Below, piece by piece: positions 1 to 10,263 of a DNA stretch of 64,000 nucleotides. Every line of letters begins with the position of its first letter. Position 1 is the first letter of the stretch. A model generated the notes under the pieces. It did no database searches. It was given only the letters and a program-made list of their open reading frames with translations, and had not been told where the DNA came from. Made by a program: the position numbers and the translations under genes. The DNA is from an uncultured Chloroflexia bacterium (GTDB lineage Bacteria; Chloroflexota; Chloroflexia; QHBQ01; JADMIH01), in assembly GCA_963797095.1 (NCBI GenBank), contig CAWCNY010000006.1, forward strand, positions 192,001-256,000, read 5' to 3'.

Positions 1-501
1 AGACGCCAATCTGCTGGTTCTCAATACGACCGGCAGTTCCACTGTACTGGCGGGCTACGCCTGCAGAGTAACAACCCTTCTTCAGGAAGCCAGTTTCATC
101 AAGGACCAATATCCCGTCAGGGTGCCCTAACTGCTCAATGACGTAGGTGCGCAACTCATCGCGAACTGCGTCCGCGTCCCAGTGGGCGCTGTTGAGGAGG
201 CGTTGCATACCTTGTGGCCCGCTTTCGTGCATAATCTCAGCCAATTGCCAGCTATTCTTACGCTCGGCCCCGCTTAGCAGGCCGAGCAGGTAGCGTCGTA
301 CTCGGCAGCGCGTTTCGGAACGTCTGAAATGGTCGAATAGGTGCTGGTGGAGGTAGTCCAAGGTCTTGTCCCATATCTTCCATATGTCGGAATTACTGCT
401 TTCGGTCTGGTCAGTCGTGCCACTTGTGTTGCTCACGGAAGCCACTCCCTGTTTGAGAGTAGCCTACCAAATGCCTCCAATAAGTGTCACTGTAATACTA
501 G
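1..501 (-). mobile_element. IS701-family element, 5' part (transposase 436..<1, runs off the window edge)
   Basis: Manual minus-strand translation from GTG at 436 gives ...[19 protein letters not shown]...[19 protein letters not shown]...[12 protein letters not shown]...[15 protein letters not shown], typical of IS701 DDE transposases. CTAG at 498-501 marks the probable end. Confidence 0.85.
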
Positions 502-781
502 ACGGGCATCCATACGATCTAGCTCCGCCAGGTTCAGTGTCTCCACGCGCCTACGAGCTCTCATTTCAGTTAGCCAACGACGCGCAAAGGGCGACATTTC
601 AGCAGCCCATTCAACGAGTAGTTCGTTGGAAAGGACGATGCGATAATGCTTTCGGCGGACGACTTCCAGAAATTGGTGGCAGTTGTGTGCTCGAACATCC
701 AGCGCGCGGAGTGCTACCTGCGGAGTATGCAATTGAGGCGTCAATGACCAGACGCACAGCCCCAGCTCCTGCTCTTGGCAT
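498..781 (-). pseudogene. PIN-like protein, frameshifted near 700 and cut by IS701
   Basis: ATG at 781, 4 bp after the ATPase stop. Reads MPRAGAGAVRLVIDASIAYSAG, then in another frame HNCHQFLEVVRRKHYRIVLSNELLVEW...FARRWLTEMRARRR. LVIDAS resembles the first PIN strand with its Asp. Confidence 0.5.
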
Positions 782-785
782 CTGC

Positions 786-1412
786 TTATTTAGTTGTGCT
801 AAGTAGGGATGCATCCAGGAAATCCGATTGAGTTTGTAGTTCTGTTTCCCCGAAATCTTCCGGCCATTCACCGAATGTGCCTGCTTCGTCCAGTGTTGCA
901 GTGGAGATTTTTGTGTCACCGATTTTGGGGTTGCGCGTGAACCAATACAGGATTACGTCATCGGGATTTAGCTCGCCTTTAGCTACGAGAGTTTGGATGC
1001 CGAGCAAGAGGATGGAGTTGTGGGTTTCGGCGACTACTTTCACGCCGCGACGTGCTGCTGCTGCCAGTATTTCGGCTATTTTCGATTGTGCGCGTGGGTG
1101 GAGGTGGACTTCTGGCTGTTCGATGCATACGGTTTGGCCCGGTTCCGCGACGAGAAGCACGATCAGGACAGGCAGGATTTGCGAGACACTAAAGCCTACA
1201 TCTATGACATTGACAAGATCCGTTGATTTTCCGCTGTCAACTGGCAGTTTATTGATCAAGATCCTTACTTGAGCGGCTGTAACTCGTTCCGCAACAACTC
1301 CTGAATTGAGGCCTAATGCTGATAGATTGGAATTAAGCTCATCGATTCTATCTTGTCTCCCAAGCGCTTGCCATTGAAGCAGAATACTCCCTGTGTAATC
1401 GTTGGAAAAAGC
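786..1412 (-). pseudogene. ABC/AAA ATPase (DUF3696-type), C-terminal half
   Basis: Signature-like DVGFSVSQILP, Walker B/D-loop CIEQPEVHLHP, H-loop AETHNS, C-terminal GEWPEDF. The frame stays open upstream to about 1412 (FSNDYTGSILLQWQ), where ISL3 sequence abuts. Confidence 0.8.
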
Positions 1413-1977
1413 GGTGGCAGGCGGGCGGTTCAGGAGCCTGTCGGACCAGGCGTAGGATGGTGGTCTGGCTGGTGAGCAGCCCCAGTTTGCGGCTGAGTTC
1501 GAGCTCCAGCTTCGCCGCCGAGGGCCAAGCCTAATTGCTGGCAGATGCTGTGTAAGCGTTGTGTCTTGCGAGCACGGGGAGCAGCCAGATCAGGCAAGCG
1601 CTCGGCGAAAACCCGGCGTGGGCAGGCGGAGTTGGGACAGAAGAGGCGTCGTGTGTGCAGTTGCAGGCGAACGGTGAGGTTGGCTAGAGGTAGGTCGGCA
1701 AGGGTGCGCTGGTAGTGGCTATGGCGGCGATTGGTGAATTGTTGGCAAAGTGGGCAAGGCACCTGAGCAGGGTTGTAGCGACGACCAGAGTGATGCCGCT
1801 GGGAGCAGTGCGAACCTCGTGCAGACACAGCTGAGTGGCAGCAGGGAATACAGCAGGGAACAACGAGTCGGAAAGCATGATGAGTTTTCTAGGAGCAGGG
1901 GTTGGACAAAAGGTGCTCACTACATTCTACGACACCCCGGTACCACCATCCACTTTCACCAGAAACGGCGGAGAACC
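1413..1977 (-). mobile_element. ISL3-family remnant (frameshifted, truncated transposase N-terminus)
   Basis: Zinc finger CPLCQ...HSHYQRTLADLP...RRLFCPNSACPRRVFAERL and LGLALGGEAGAR. Minus-strand terminus GGTTCTCCGCC at 1977. The DDE core is missing. Confidence 0.85.
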
Positions 1978-2084
1978 AATCCCGTCCTGCAATTCACAGG
2001 GTAGCACAGCGATGTTAAGACGCTCAAAGCGTGACGATGGAGATTTCGCGCTCTCAGTTCTGACGCTTCCCGAGTGACACACTC

Positions 2085-2282
2085 ACTTACAGGGTGCCGG
2101 CTGCCCCCACTGCGCATCTGCTGACAAACCTTGCGCCAAAGGCCGACTACTCGGTGAGTGCGGCTGTGAGCGACGGGAACCTGATGGTGACTATAATGCC
2201 CGGCAGCGGCTTCACAACTGACGCGGCAGGTGTGCTTTACCTGTCCACAGACGCCCAGGGAAAGGTGACATCAGGGCCTTAG
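2085..2282 (+). pseudogene. C-terminal fragment of a probable secreted beta-rich protein
   Basis: HLLTNLAPKADYSVSA...PGSGFTTDAAGVLYL-stop, with no credible RBS or start. Confidence 0.35.
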
Positions 2283-2545
2283 ACGCGCTGTCGGCCCGGT
2301 TCCGTGAAGCACGTACGGACGTGGCAGGTCCGACGAGGTCGGGAAGGCGTCGCCCTGCGACCACGAGAGATAACCCGGTCAAAAGCCGGCACAAGGAGCA
2401 CCAGACTAAGATTTCGCCCTCTGGGAGCGATGAAGACTACTGGCACATGCGCGAGTTCCTGCGCGAAGTCTTTGTGCTCAACACCCTCTACCGGTGAGCA
2501 CGCATGGCGCGGTCCCTGCTCTTTCGACAAAGAGAAGCTGTGACC

Positions 2546-5455
2546 CTAGGCAATTTCCACAGCCCCTTCCATAGACATCGCTCTACCCTGCGCGAATGCC
2601 TCCCTGAATGCTTCTTCGGCTAACTGCTCGCGAGCAGCCTCCAAAGCCGCGAGATGTGCAATGTGGTCCTCGTGCGGCCACTCCATATGTAGCTCCTCCA
2701 TGAGTGCATCTGCCGCTCCAAGCAACTTTGCCCCGCGGAGTGTTTCGACCGTGTTTGCGCTCATTCGGGTTGCCATTCCGCCTATTCTGGCCAGGCTCAA
2801 GGCAACGCCGGCTTTATCGTCCACATCCACTTTGATCTGCAGGCCCCTCCGGTAGAGGGAGTGCGCTTCCTCGTACTCCCCCTCCCTGTATGCTGCGCTG
2901 CCGAGGATGATGAGGGTACTGCCGGCTCCTTTCATGTCACCAAGCTCCTGCTGAATGGCCAGACTCTCCTCAAGGACCCCACGCGCTGAGAGGTCACCCC
3001 GGTCTTGCAGCAGATCTCCCAGTTCGCGCAGTACCTCCCCAACGCTTCCTTTCTGGCCCAGTTCCCTGAATATCGCAACACTCTCCTCCAGCAACTTGCG
3101 TGCTCCCTCAGTGTCGCCCTCCTTGCGCGCAACCGACCCCAGGTAGCCGAGCGAATCGGCTACACCCGCCCTGTCACCGAGAGAGCGGTGTAGAGCGAGG
3201 CTTTCTTCAAACAATGCGCGCGCCTCTGCATAATTCCCTCCGTCCTGTGCGACGAGCCCCAGGAAATTCAGTGCGGAAGCCATGCCCGCCTGGTTGCCGA
3301 GCGAGCGGTGTAGCGCAATGGCTTCCTCGAACAGCGAGCGTGCCGCCAGGGAGTCTCCCTGGTCTCGAGTGACCAGACCCAGATTGTTGAGCACGATGGC
3401 TATGCCTGTGTTGTTGCCGAGCAGCCTCAGCAATGCAAGGCTCTCCTCGAACAGCGCCCGCGCTGCTGTTTGGTCCTCAAAAGAGCGCGCCAGGATGCCC
3501 AACACGTTGAGTGTGCTGGCGATGGCCGCGGTATCCCCCAGCTCCCGACCGAGTGCCAGGCTCTCTTCTAACACGGTGCGCGCGCCTGCATAATCTCCCA
3601 GAGCGCGCATTACCAGGCCCAAATAGGTGAGCGAGCGGGCAATAGCCCTTTTGTCTCCAAGTTGCCGGTTCAGAGCGAGGCTCTCTTCCAGCAGCGGGCG
3701 CGCCGCGATATGGTCCCCCTGCTGCCAGGCGAGGTTGCCGGACGCGTACAGAGCGCGCGCCCTCATAGTTGTGGGCGCGGAGTGGCCCTGGGCAAGAGCA
3801 CGTGCCAGCCATTCTCGCCCCTCGCCTGCATAACCGCGCACCCACCAGAAGCGCCATAGAGCAGCCCCCAAACGTAATGCGATCTCCACGTTCCCTCCCG
3901 GGCTGAGAGACCACGCGAGCGCCGCTCGAATATTCCCGTGTTCTCTCTCCAGCTTGCTGAGCCATTGAGACTGCTCCTCCCCTGACAGAAGAGGCTCCGC
4001 TTCCTCGGCTAATCGCACGAACAGGAGCGCATGCTTATGCTCAACGACCTGCGCCTGCGACCCTGTTTGCCCGAGTGGCCCATCTTCCTGCAGCTTCTCC
4101 CTGGCGTACTCATGTATGGCTTCCAGCATACCGAAGCGGCTCTCCATATCTTCCCCGCCGCTCTCTCGCCTCACCAGGTTCTTCTCTTCCAGCGACCTCA
4201 GAAGTTCCAGAGCGGACGCCGAGTTGTACTTGGAACCAGGATCGCGCTCGTCCCAAATCGCTTCCGCCGCATCGAGGGTAAACCCGCCTACGAACACGCC
4301 GAGGATGCGAAATAGCCTCTGCTCGTCGCTGTTCAGCAGGCCGTAACTCCATTCGATCGCGCTCCGCAGGGTGCGCTGCCGGTGAGGGAGGTCACGACTT
4401 CCACCCGCCAGCAACTTGAGCGGCTTTTCCAAAGCTGCCCGCATCTCCCGGAGCGAGAGGTACTTAGCATTACCGGCAGCCAGCTCAATCGCCAGCGGCA
4501 ACCCCTCTAGTCCCGCACAGATAGCCGCAATCTCTCCGGCGTTTTCCTCTGTAAGTGTAAAGTCGGGGTCAACTGCCTGGGCGCGCTCCACAAATAGCTC
4601 CACAGATGCGTAGCCCGCCAGTGCTTCGGGATCCGGTAGTTGCGCTTGCGCTTTGCCGGGCGTGCCGAGGGGAGGTACCACGTAGCGCCGCTCGCCTCTA
4701 ACATGGAGAGCCTCGCGGCTTGTGGTGAGCACCTTGAGCCACGGGCACGCCTCCAGCAGCCGCACCACCCGGGGCGCGGCGTCGAGCAGATGCTCGAAAT
4801 TGTCGAGTACCAGTAGCAGCCGGCGCTCGCTAAGGTGCTCGAAGAGCGCATCCTCAATCGATTGAGTAGACTCGGGACTCAGTTCGAGCGCGTGCGCTAT
4901 CGTGTCCCACAGCAGATCGGGGTCACTCACGGGGGCAAACTCTACCAGAAACACCCCATCATCAAAGTTGCCTACCAGATCGGATGCTACCTGCAACGCG
5001 AGCCTGGTCTTGCCGATGCCAGGAGCGCCCGTAAGGGTAAGCAAACGCACCTTGGTTTGCAGAATAAGGCTTCGGGCCCTGTGGGTGTCAGTTTCGCGCC
5101 CCACCAGCGAGGTTAGAGTGGTAGGGAGATTGGCAAGCCCGCTGTGGGCCGCGCGCCATGGGGCGTGAGCCGCAATCTCGCTCGCCCGCGTGGCAAGCGT
5201 CGGTGACCGGCGCGCAAAGGCTACAAAGGCTTCCATCTCGTCGGCGGGGGTATGCAGTTGCTCGGCTATCAGCGCAGCGATCTGGCGCGAGGGCCGGCGC
5301 TCACCTGCTTCGATCTTTAGCAAGGTGATCGTTGAGCAGCCGATAAGCTCTGCGAATTGCGTCGACCCGATTCCTCGCTGCTGGCGCGTCTGTTTCAGCC
5401 ATCTCCCGAAAGTGATGCCAATAGCGTTGCCGGCGTTCGCTTTGCCATCGCTCAT
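2546..5455 (-). CDS. XRE-HTH + STAND (NB-ARC-like) ATPase + TPR transcriptional regulator
   Basis: FGRWLKQTRQ...KIEAGERRPS HTH, Walker A GAPGIGKT, LLVLDNFEH Walker B, GLPLAIELAA, about 10 MalT-type TPR repeats. Confidence 0.93.
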   Translation of the reverse strand: MSDGKANAGNAIGITFGRWLKQTRQQRGIGSTQFAELIGCSTITLLKIEAGERRPSRQIAALIAEQLHTPADEMEAFVAFARRSPTLATRASEIAAHAPWRAAHSGLANLPTTLTSLVGRETDTHRARSLILQTKVRLLTLTGAPGIGKTRLALQVASDLVGNFDDGVFLVEFAPVSDPDLLWDTIAHALELSPESTQSIEDALFEHLSERRLLLVLDNFEHLLDAAPRVVRLLEACPWLKVLTTSREALHVRGERRYVVPPLGTPGKAQAQLPDPEALAGYASVELFVERAQAVDPDFTLTEENAGEIAAICAGLEGLPLAIELAAGNAKYLSLREMRAALEKPLKLLAGGSRDLPHRQRTLRSAIEWSYGLLNSDEQRLFRILGVFVGGFTLDAAEAIWDERDPGSKYNSASALELLRSLEEKNLVRRESGGEDMESRFGMLEAIHEYAREKLQEDGPLGQTGSQAQVVEHKHALLFVRLAEEAEPLLSGEEQSQWLSKLEREHGNIRAALAWSLSPGGNVEIALRLGAALWRFWWVRGYAGEGREWLARALAQGHSAPTTMRARALYASGNLAWQQGDHIAARPLLEESLALNRQLGDKRAIARSLTYLGLVMRALGDYAGARTVLEESLALGRELGDTAAIASTLNVLGILARSFEDQTAARALFEESLALLRLLGNNTGIAIVLNNLGLVTRDQGDSLAARSLFEEAIALHRSLGNQAGMASALNFLGLVAQDGGNYAEARALFEESLALHRSLGDRAGVADSLGYLGSVARKEGDTEGARKLLEESVAIFRELGQKGSVGEVLRELGDLLQDRGDLSARGVLEESLAIQQELGDMKGAGSTLIILGSAAYREGEYEEAHSLYRRGLQIKVDVDDKAGVALSLARIGGMATRMSANTVETLRGAKLLGAADALMEELHMEWPHEDHIAHLAALEAAREQLAEEAFREAFAQGRAMSMEGAVEIA

Positions 5456-5804
5456 GCTGAATCCTCATCTGTTGGTGCAGGCTGTAGCGCGTCGGGCTCA
5501 GACATTTCCTGTATAGCGCGGCCCATCTCAACCCTGCTTACAATAGTAGCAGCTATTAAGTCCGGGCGCAATAAGAGACCGACCGGCTTTTCAATAGCAC
5601 GCGAGAAATCGTGCGATGAGAATGGTTGCGGGCCAGGAGCCCGGTAGCAAAGCTTTTTTTGTATAGCTTTAGTATAGGGCATTCTGGGAGTAACGCCTCT
5701 ATCATTAGAGGAGATGTCCCTATGCTTCTCCCACGCAGTGGAGGCAGCCCATCTCATAAATCTACGCCACAAGCACACTTTAGGAGAGAGGAACGGCAAG
5801 AGCT

Positions 5805-6080
5805 ATGTCGCCAAAGCATCGCACCAACCGTAACGACCTCTTTCTTGTGCGCTTCTGGCTCGAAGATATGAGCAGCGAGTCTGAGGGGCAGAGCGGGTGG
5901 GGAGGCAGGATCCAACGGGCGGTGAGCGGCGAGAGCCATGAGTTCAACGATTGGGATGCGCTGGTAAAGGTGCTGCAGGCGATGCTCGCAGCGACCTCGC
6001 CTGACTTTCTAATAGGCGGACTGCAGGAAACGAGCGACAATCCTGCATCAGAATCAGACAAAAGAGGAGAACAGTCATGA
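5805..6080 (+). CDS. Small hypothetical protein (FLVRFW...WGGRIQ...GESHEF type)
   Basis: RBS AGGAGAGAGG upstream. Its stop overlaps the next start (ATGA at 6077-6080). Confidence 0.7.
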   Translation: MSPKHRTNRNDLFLVRFWLEDMSSESEGQSGWGGRIQRAVSGESHEFNDWDALVKVLQAMLAATSPDFLIGGLQETSDNPASESDKRGEQS

Positions 6081-7702
6081 AAGCAACGATCGGCAAACGC
6101 GGTATTCTGCACCTGGCGGCGCTCGCTCTCCTGGTGTGCGCACTGGGAACGGGTCAAGGCAGCGTCCATGCGGCCTCTTCGCGCTACTTCCCGGAGACAG
6201 GCAAGACGGTGAATGACCCCTTCCTCTCTTACTGGACGGGGCACGGCGGGCTTGCCCAGCAGGGCTACCCTATCACCGATGCTTACAACGAAAAGAACGA
6301 CGCCGACGGCAAGACCTACTTGACGCAGTACTTCGAGCGTGCGCGCTTCGAGTACCACCCGGAGAACGCCGACCCTAAATTCCAGGTGCTGCTTGGCCTG
6401 CTCGGTAAAGAGGCGCTGGCGGCGAAGGATGCCGACCCGCCCGCCGCCTCCACGCGGACGGTGCCGGGCGAAGGCAGCAAAACCTTCCCGGAGACAGGCA
6501 AGACAGTTACCGGGCTCTTCCTCTCTTACTGGAACACGCACGGAGGGCTGGAGCAGCAAGGGTACCCGATCACCGATGCTTATGAAGAGGTGAACGACGC
6601 CGACGGGCAGACTTACTTGACACAGTACTTCGAGCGTGCGCGCTTCGAGTACCACCCGGAGAACGCCGACCCTAAATTCCAGGTGCTGCTTGGCCTGGTG
6701 GGGCGGGAGATATATGGCCTCAAGCAAGCCACGGGTGGCACGGGTGGCACGGGTGGCACGGGAGGCACAGGTGGTACGGGTGGTGGCGGAACTACCAATC
6801 CCGAGCCAACAGTTCCCCCTGTGCCGGCAGTTCCCCCCGAGCCGACAACTCCCCAGAATTCCCTGAGCGTCCCCGGGTGGACCCACATCGCAGTGGCCAC
6901 CAACAACGTCGTCTTCTTCTACAACTCGATCAACGGGCATGGGGCCGCCGCGCGGCTGAACCCCGACGGCTCGCTGACTGTATTGCAGAGATTCCCCGAC
7001 CAGGCCACCGGCAACGGCGCTTTCGACCCCGGTTGGGACATTATCACCCCTGGGCCTTACAATTACTTATTCTTCTACCGGCGTGACAGCGGTGCTGCTA
7101 CTGATTGCCTCATGGGTGATAACGGTATCATCGTGCAGTGTGGGAATTTCGGCTTCGAGAAGTACTGGACGGACATCGCCATTGATAGGCAAACCGGCAT
7201 TATGCGGATTTACAGCAGTACGGACGGTGTCCTAAACACCGCCAAGTTAAACCCGAACGGCAGCATCACCAACCTCTCGTCAGGGACCAACTATATCAAG
7301 GCGTCGCGCCTGGTGGTTCCGATAGGCAATCGCATGTGGATCAGCTACGATACTAAGACCAAAGAAGGGGCGACGTTTACCATAGACGAGACCACCGGCT
7401 CGTCAAATCGCCTCCAGGGGGTCCCTGACTTAGGCGTGCCCTGGTCGATTATCGCTTCCAATCAGAGCACGATAGGCTTCTACAGCGCGAGTAGCCAGGT
7501 AACGCTCATAGGGTCTACGGCACTTGATGGCTCCATTATCAAGTTGAAAAGCTACGCCGCTCCGAGCACCCTTACCCAGATCGCGTCAGCGCTAAACGGG
7601 CCCTACATTAGCTATTCAAGTTCCACCGGCGATCTGGATATAGACAGGATAGCAGGGGATGGTACTGCGACAAAATTGCAGCAGTACAAATCTGAGAAAT
7701 AG
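6077..7702 (+). CDS. Secreted protein with two FPETG repeat modules, G/T and Pro linkers, and a probable beta-propeller domain
   Basis: Signal peptide ending VHA-A, two near-identical YFPETGK...GGL.QQGYPITDAY...QYFERARFEYHPEN units, (TGG)n linker, repeated W-x-hI...FFY...G blades. Confidence 0.85.
   Translation: MKATIGKRGILHLAALALLVCALGTGQGSVHAASSRYFPETGKTVNDPFLSYWTGHGGLAQQGYPITDAYNEKNDADGKTYLTQYFERARFEYHPENADPKFQVLLGLLGKEALAAKDADPPAASTRTVPGEGSKTFPETGKTVTGLFLSYWNTHGGLEQQGYPITDAYEEVNDADGQTYLTQYFERARFEYHPENADPKFQVLLGLVGREIYGLKQATGGTGGTGGTGGTGGTGGGGTTNPEPTVPPVPAVPPEPTTPQNSLSVPGWTHIAVATNNVVFFYNSINGHGAAARLNPDGSLTVLQRFPDQATGNGAFDPGWDIITPGPYNYLFFYRRDSGAATDCLMGDNGIIVQCGNFGFEKYWTDIAIDRQTGIMRIYSSTDGVLNTAKLNPNGSITNLSSGTNYIKASRLVVPIGNRMWISYDTKTKEGATFTIDETTGSSNRLQGVPDLGVPWSIIASNQSTIGFYSASSQVTLIGSTALDGSIIKLKSYAAPSTLTQIASALNGPYISYSSSTGDLDIDRIAGDGTATKLQQYKSEK
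6185..6700 (+). repeat. Intragenic direct repeat, two copies about 300 bp apart
   Basis: CAGTACTTCGAGCGTGCGCGCTTCGAGTACCACCCGGAGAACGCCGACCCTAAATTCCAGGTGCTGCTTGGCCTG is identical near 6326 and 6623. Confidence 0.9.
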
Positions 7703-7714
7703 TCAATAATCACA

Positions 7715-7760
7715 TTCGTTGCTGCGAGGCCGACTTACTCACGGCTTACGCAGCAACGAA
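7715..7760 (+). terminator. Hairpin after the secreted-protein gene
   Basis: TTCGTTGCTGCG...CGCAGCAACGAA inverted repeat, no clear U-tract. Confidence 0.5.
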
Positions 7761-7771
7761 GGACGTACGAT

Positions 7772-8590
7772 GGTTGCGTCAAAAAGTGGTGCCGGGGCGG
7801 TGGCAGGGTTGTACATCGGTTACCTTACCGTGATCAGACTGTGCAGATAAGGATTGCGGAAGTGTCAGAAATGAAAGCACGCAACCTCTCTGGTGATAAC
7901 CAATCCGCTCGAACCAAGCATCAACCCTGGCTTTCGTATGCTATCAGGCTGCCATCAGCATGGTTTGCAGGGCAGCATATCATTGTCGGAACATTCGGCG
8001 TTGTTCCGACAACGGCACTGTTTCCTTGGGCCTGGCGCGATAGCGGAAGTACTGTCGGTCGCTGCTCCTCATACGCACTGCAAAACCGAGATGCAGCATC
8101 AAATTGCCAAAGCCTCTCATCGGGTAGTCTCCGTCCTTCGTCGACTTTACGGCCCAGAATCCGGCGTATCGCACGAGGGTAGTAGCGCATGCCCATCGGT
8201 GGTTACTCGGGTCGGTCTGTGGCCGACGCCTTCCCTCGCTTGGGAGAAGAACCGCTTGGCTGCCTCCATGTCTCGATGCTCAGAAAGCATAGAGTCGACC
8301 AGATTGCCATCTCGGTCTATCGCCCGGTAGAGGTAGCACCACTTGCCATTGACCTTGACGTATGTTTCGCCGCAATACCATGATACCCCATGATTTGCCT
8401 GCCTTGCCTCTGCGCCTGGCACGCAGTTGCTGTGTGATGAGTGGTGCGAAGCGTGCGTCCCAGTCGCGCACTGCCTCGTGGGTGAATTCGAAGCCTCGGG
8501 ATAAGAACATCTCCGACAAGTGCCGCAGGGAAAGCTTGTATCGGAGCCTCCATAGGACAACGAGAAGGACGATGTCTGTCGGGAACTATG
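7772..8590 (-). mobile_element. IS6-family remnant (multiply frameshifted transposase)
   Basis: FPTDIVLLVVLWRLRYKLSLRHLSEMF..RGFEFTHEAVRDW / ETYVKVNGKWCYLYRAIDRDGNLVD...VTTDGH / PMRGFGN spread across frames. Terminus-like GGTTGCGTCAAAAAGT at 7772. Confidence 0.85.
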
Positions 8591-8789
8591 GAGTAGGGGC
8601 GCTGACGCTCCTGGATGTGGGCCACATATTGCTCATGTGGCCCGTGATCTCGGTGGCGGGCGGGGCGCTCGGAAAGCTCGTCCTGGGTGAGGCCTAACCT
8701 TAGTGCTCTCCAAGTTCAGGGAACAATCAAAGGAGACGTTCTGCGCCAGGTCCGCATGGATTGCTATTGCAGAGCAGCACGCAGTGCTC

Positions 8790-10042
8790 CCTGCGAAGCA
8801 GCGTCAGATGTCCACCTAACCGGTTCACACGCTCCTCAATGCCACGAAGCCCCAACCGCCTCTGTCCTCGGATGTAGTGGCCTCAAAGCCGACGCCATCA
8901 TCGCTGATTTCAAGGGTTACATTAGGCCCGTCCTGGCGCAAGGACACAGTCGCACGAGAAGCATGGGCATGTTTGAGGATGTTATTGAGTGCTTCCTGTG
9001 CAATCCGATAGAGTGCCTGCTCGACCTTTGAAGAAAGCTGGTTTGCACCCCGCACGATAAGTTTTGTTTCCAGGTTACTACGCGCTTCAACAGCCTCGAG
9101 ACGCGAGTGCAGAGCGGCAACGAGACCCTCCTGTTCCAGGACCGGCGGGCGCAGCTCGAAGATAAGTACTCTCATCTCCTGCAATGTTTCCAGGGCCGTA
9201 CTCTGCAGCATCGACAGATGCTCTTTCACCAGTGCTGTATCACCCGAGGCAAGGAGCCTGGTAGCCGCTTCGGCATAAAGGCTGATGCCGTATAGGGCCT
9301 GCGTTACAGAGTCGTGCAGATCTCGAGCGATGCGCTGGCGCTCTTCGAGTATGGTTTTCCCCTGGATGGCGTTTACGAGCCGGGCGTTTTCAATGGCCAG
9401 AGTGGTCTGGTCGCTCAACACCCGTATCCACTCAAGTTCTTCAGTCGAAAACTGGCGCGGTTCCTCGTAATAGAGAGTGATCGCTCCATACACCTGATCT
9501 GTGATGATAATGGGGATCGATACAAATGCCCGGTATCGGCGTGTCAGCCGTAAGAAAGACCCTGTTATGCTCAGAGGATGTGAGGCTTGAGTCTCTTCGT
9601 GACCGGGTGTGATTAACCCAGCGGTATTCGAGATTGCCAGCGGCTCACGCTTCAACAAGACCTCACCAATCGGTCCACTATCAACTGACAGATCCAAAGC
9701 GGCGATCTCTGCGTCCAGGCCGTGTGAGGCGTGCACGCGAAGAGAGGAGTCGCTACGGTCGAGCCTGTAGATAGAGCCGCCATCGGTATCAAACAGTCGA
9801 CACGCCTGGGCAATAATATAGTTGAGCACGTCGTCCAGCGTGCAGTTGGAGTTCAGGATCGTCAGTATCTCATGCAGTCCTTGAGCAACGCGCTGGCGAT
9901 GCGAAGTCTCCCGGGCTTGACCTTCTATTTGCTCACCGAACATCTGGTAATCCAAAGTCCTTGCGTAGCTGAACATACTGCCCTCGTTGGCGATAGAGCG
10001 TAAGAGGGTATCTAATATGCCTCCATTTTGATCAATGTCCAA
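8790..10042 (-). pseudogene. GAF-domain HisKA_3 (NarX/ComP-type) sensor kinase, C-terminus frameshifted
   Basis: ERQRIARDLHDSVTQ H-box, EALNNILKHA N-box, DDGVGF G1. The G2 box GLRGIEERV lies in a different frame near 8855. Confidence 0.8.
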
Positions 10043-10069
10043 TCACGTCTTAGAAGTTACACATTACCT

Positions 10070-10122
10070 ATTGACACGTGTCAATGGAGAGATTATAATG
10101 GAGTTATTGACACGTGTCAATA
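10070..10122. promoter_or_regulatory. Overlapping divergent sigma70 promoters with two palindromic LacI-type operators
   Basis: Plus strand TTGACA(10071)-17 bp-TATAAT(10094). Minus strand TTGACA(10120)-17 bp-TATAAT(10097). ATTGACACGTGTCAAT at 10070-10085 and 10106-10121. Confidence 0.9.
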
Positions 10123-10263
10123 GGCAGACGGGATCAATTTTGAGGCAATTTTGAGGGTGTTTGGCTGCGCTACCTCACAAATTGTGATAAAGTCGTTGTC
10201 AAATAAGACAAAGTTGTAGAGCAGGAAGCGCACTCGGTAGCTCTCTTTTTAGTTTATGCAAGG

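Noticed and set aside
1389-2001. CCCTGTG...CACAGGG as terminal inverted repeats of an element
   Set aside because: The left copy is within the ATPase coding frame, and the ISL3 end is at 1977. Likely chance.
2400-2530. Possible GNAT N-terminal remnant (DEDYWHMREFLREVFVLN)
   Set aside because: Too short and fragmentary to support a call.
5780-6940. 386-aa minus-strand ORF and similar long antisense ORFs (16886-17656, 52743-53657)
   Set aside because: Shadow frames of well-supported genes with strong codon bias, with no motifs of their own.
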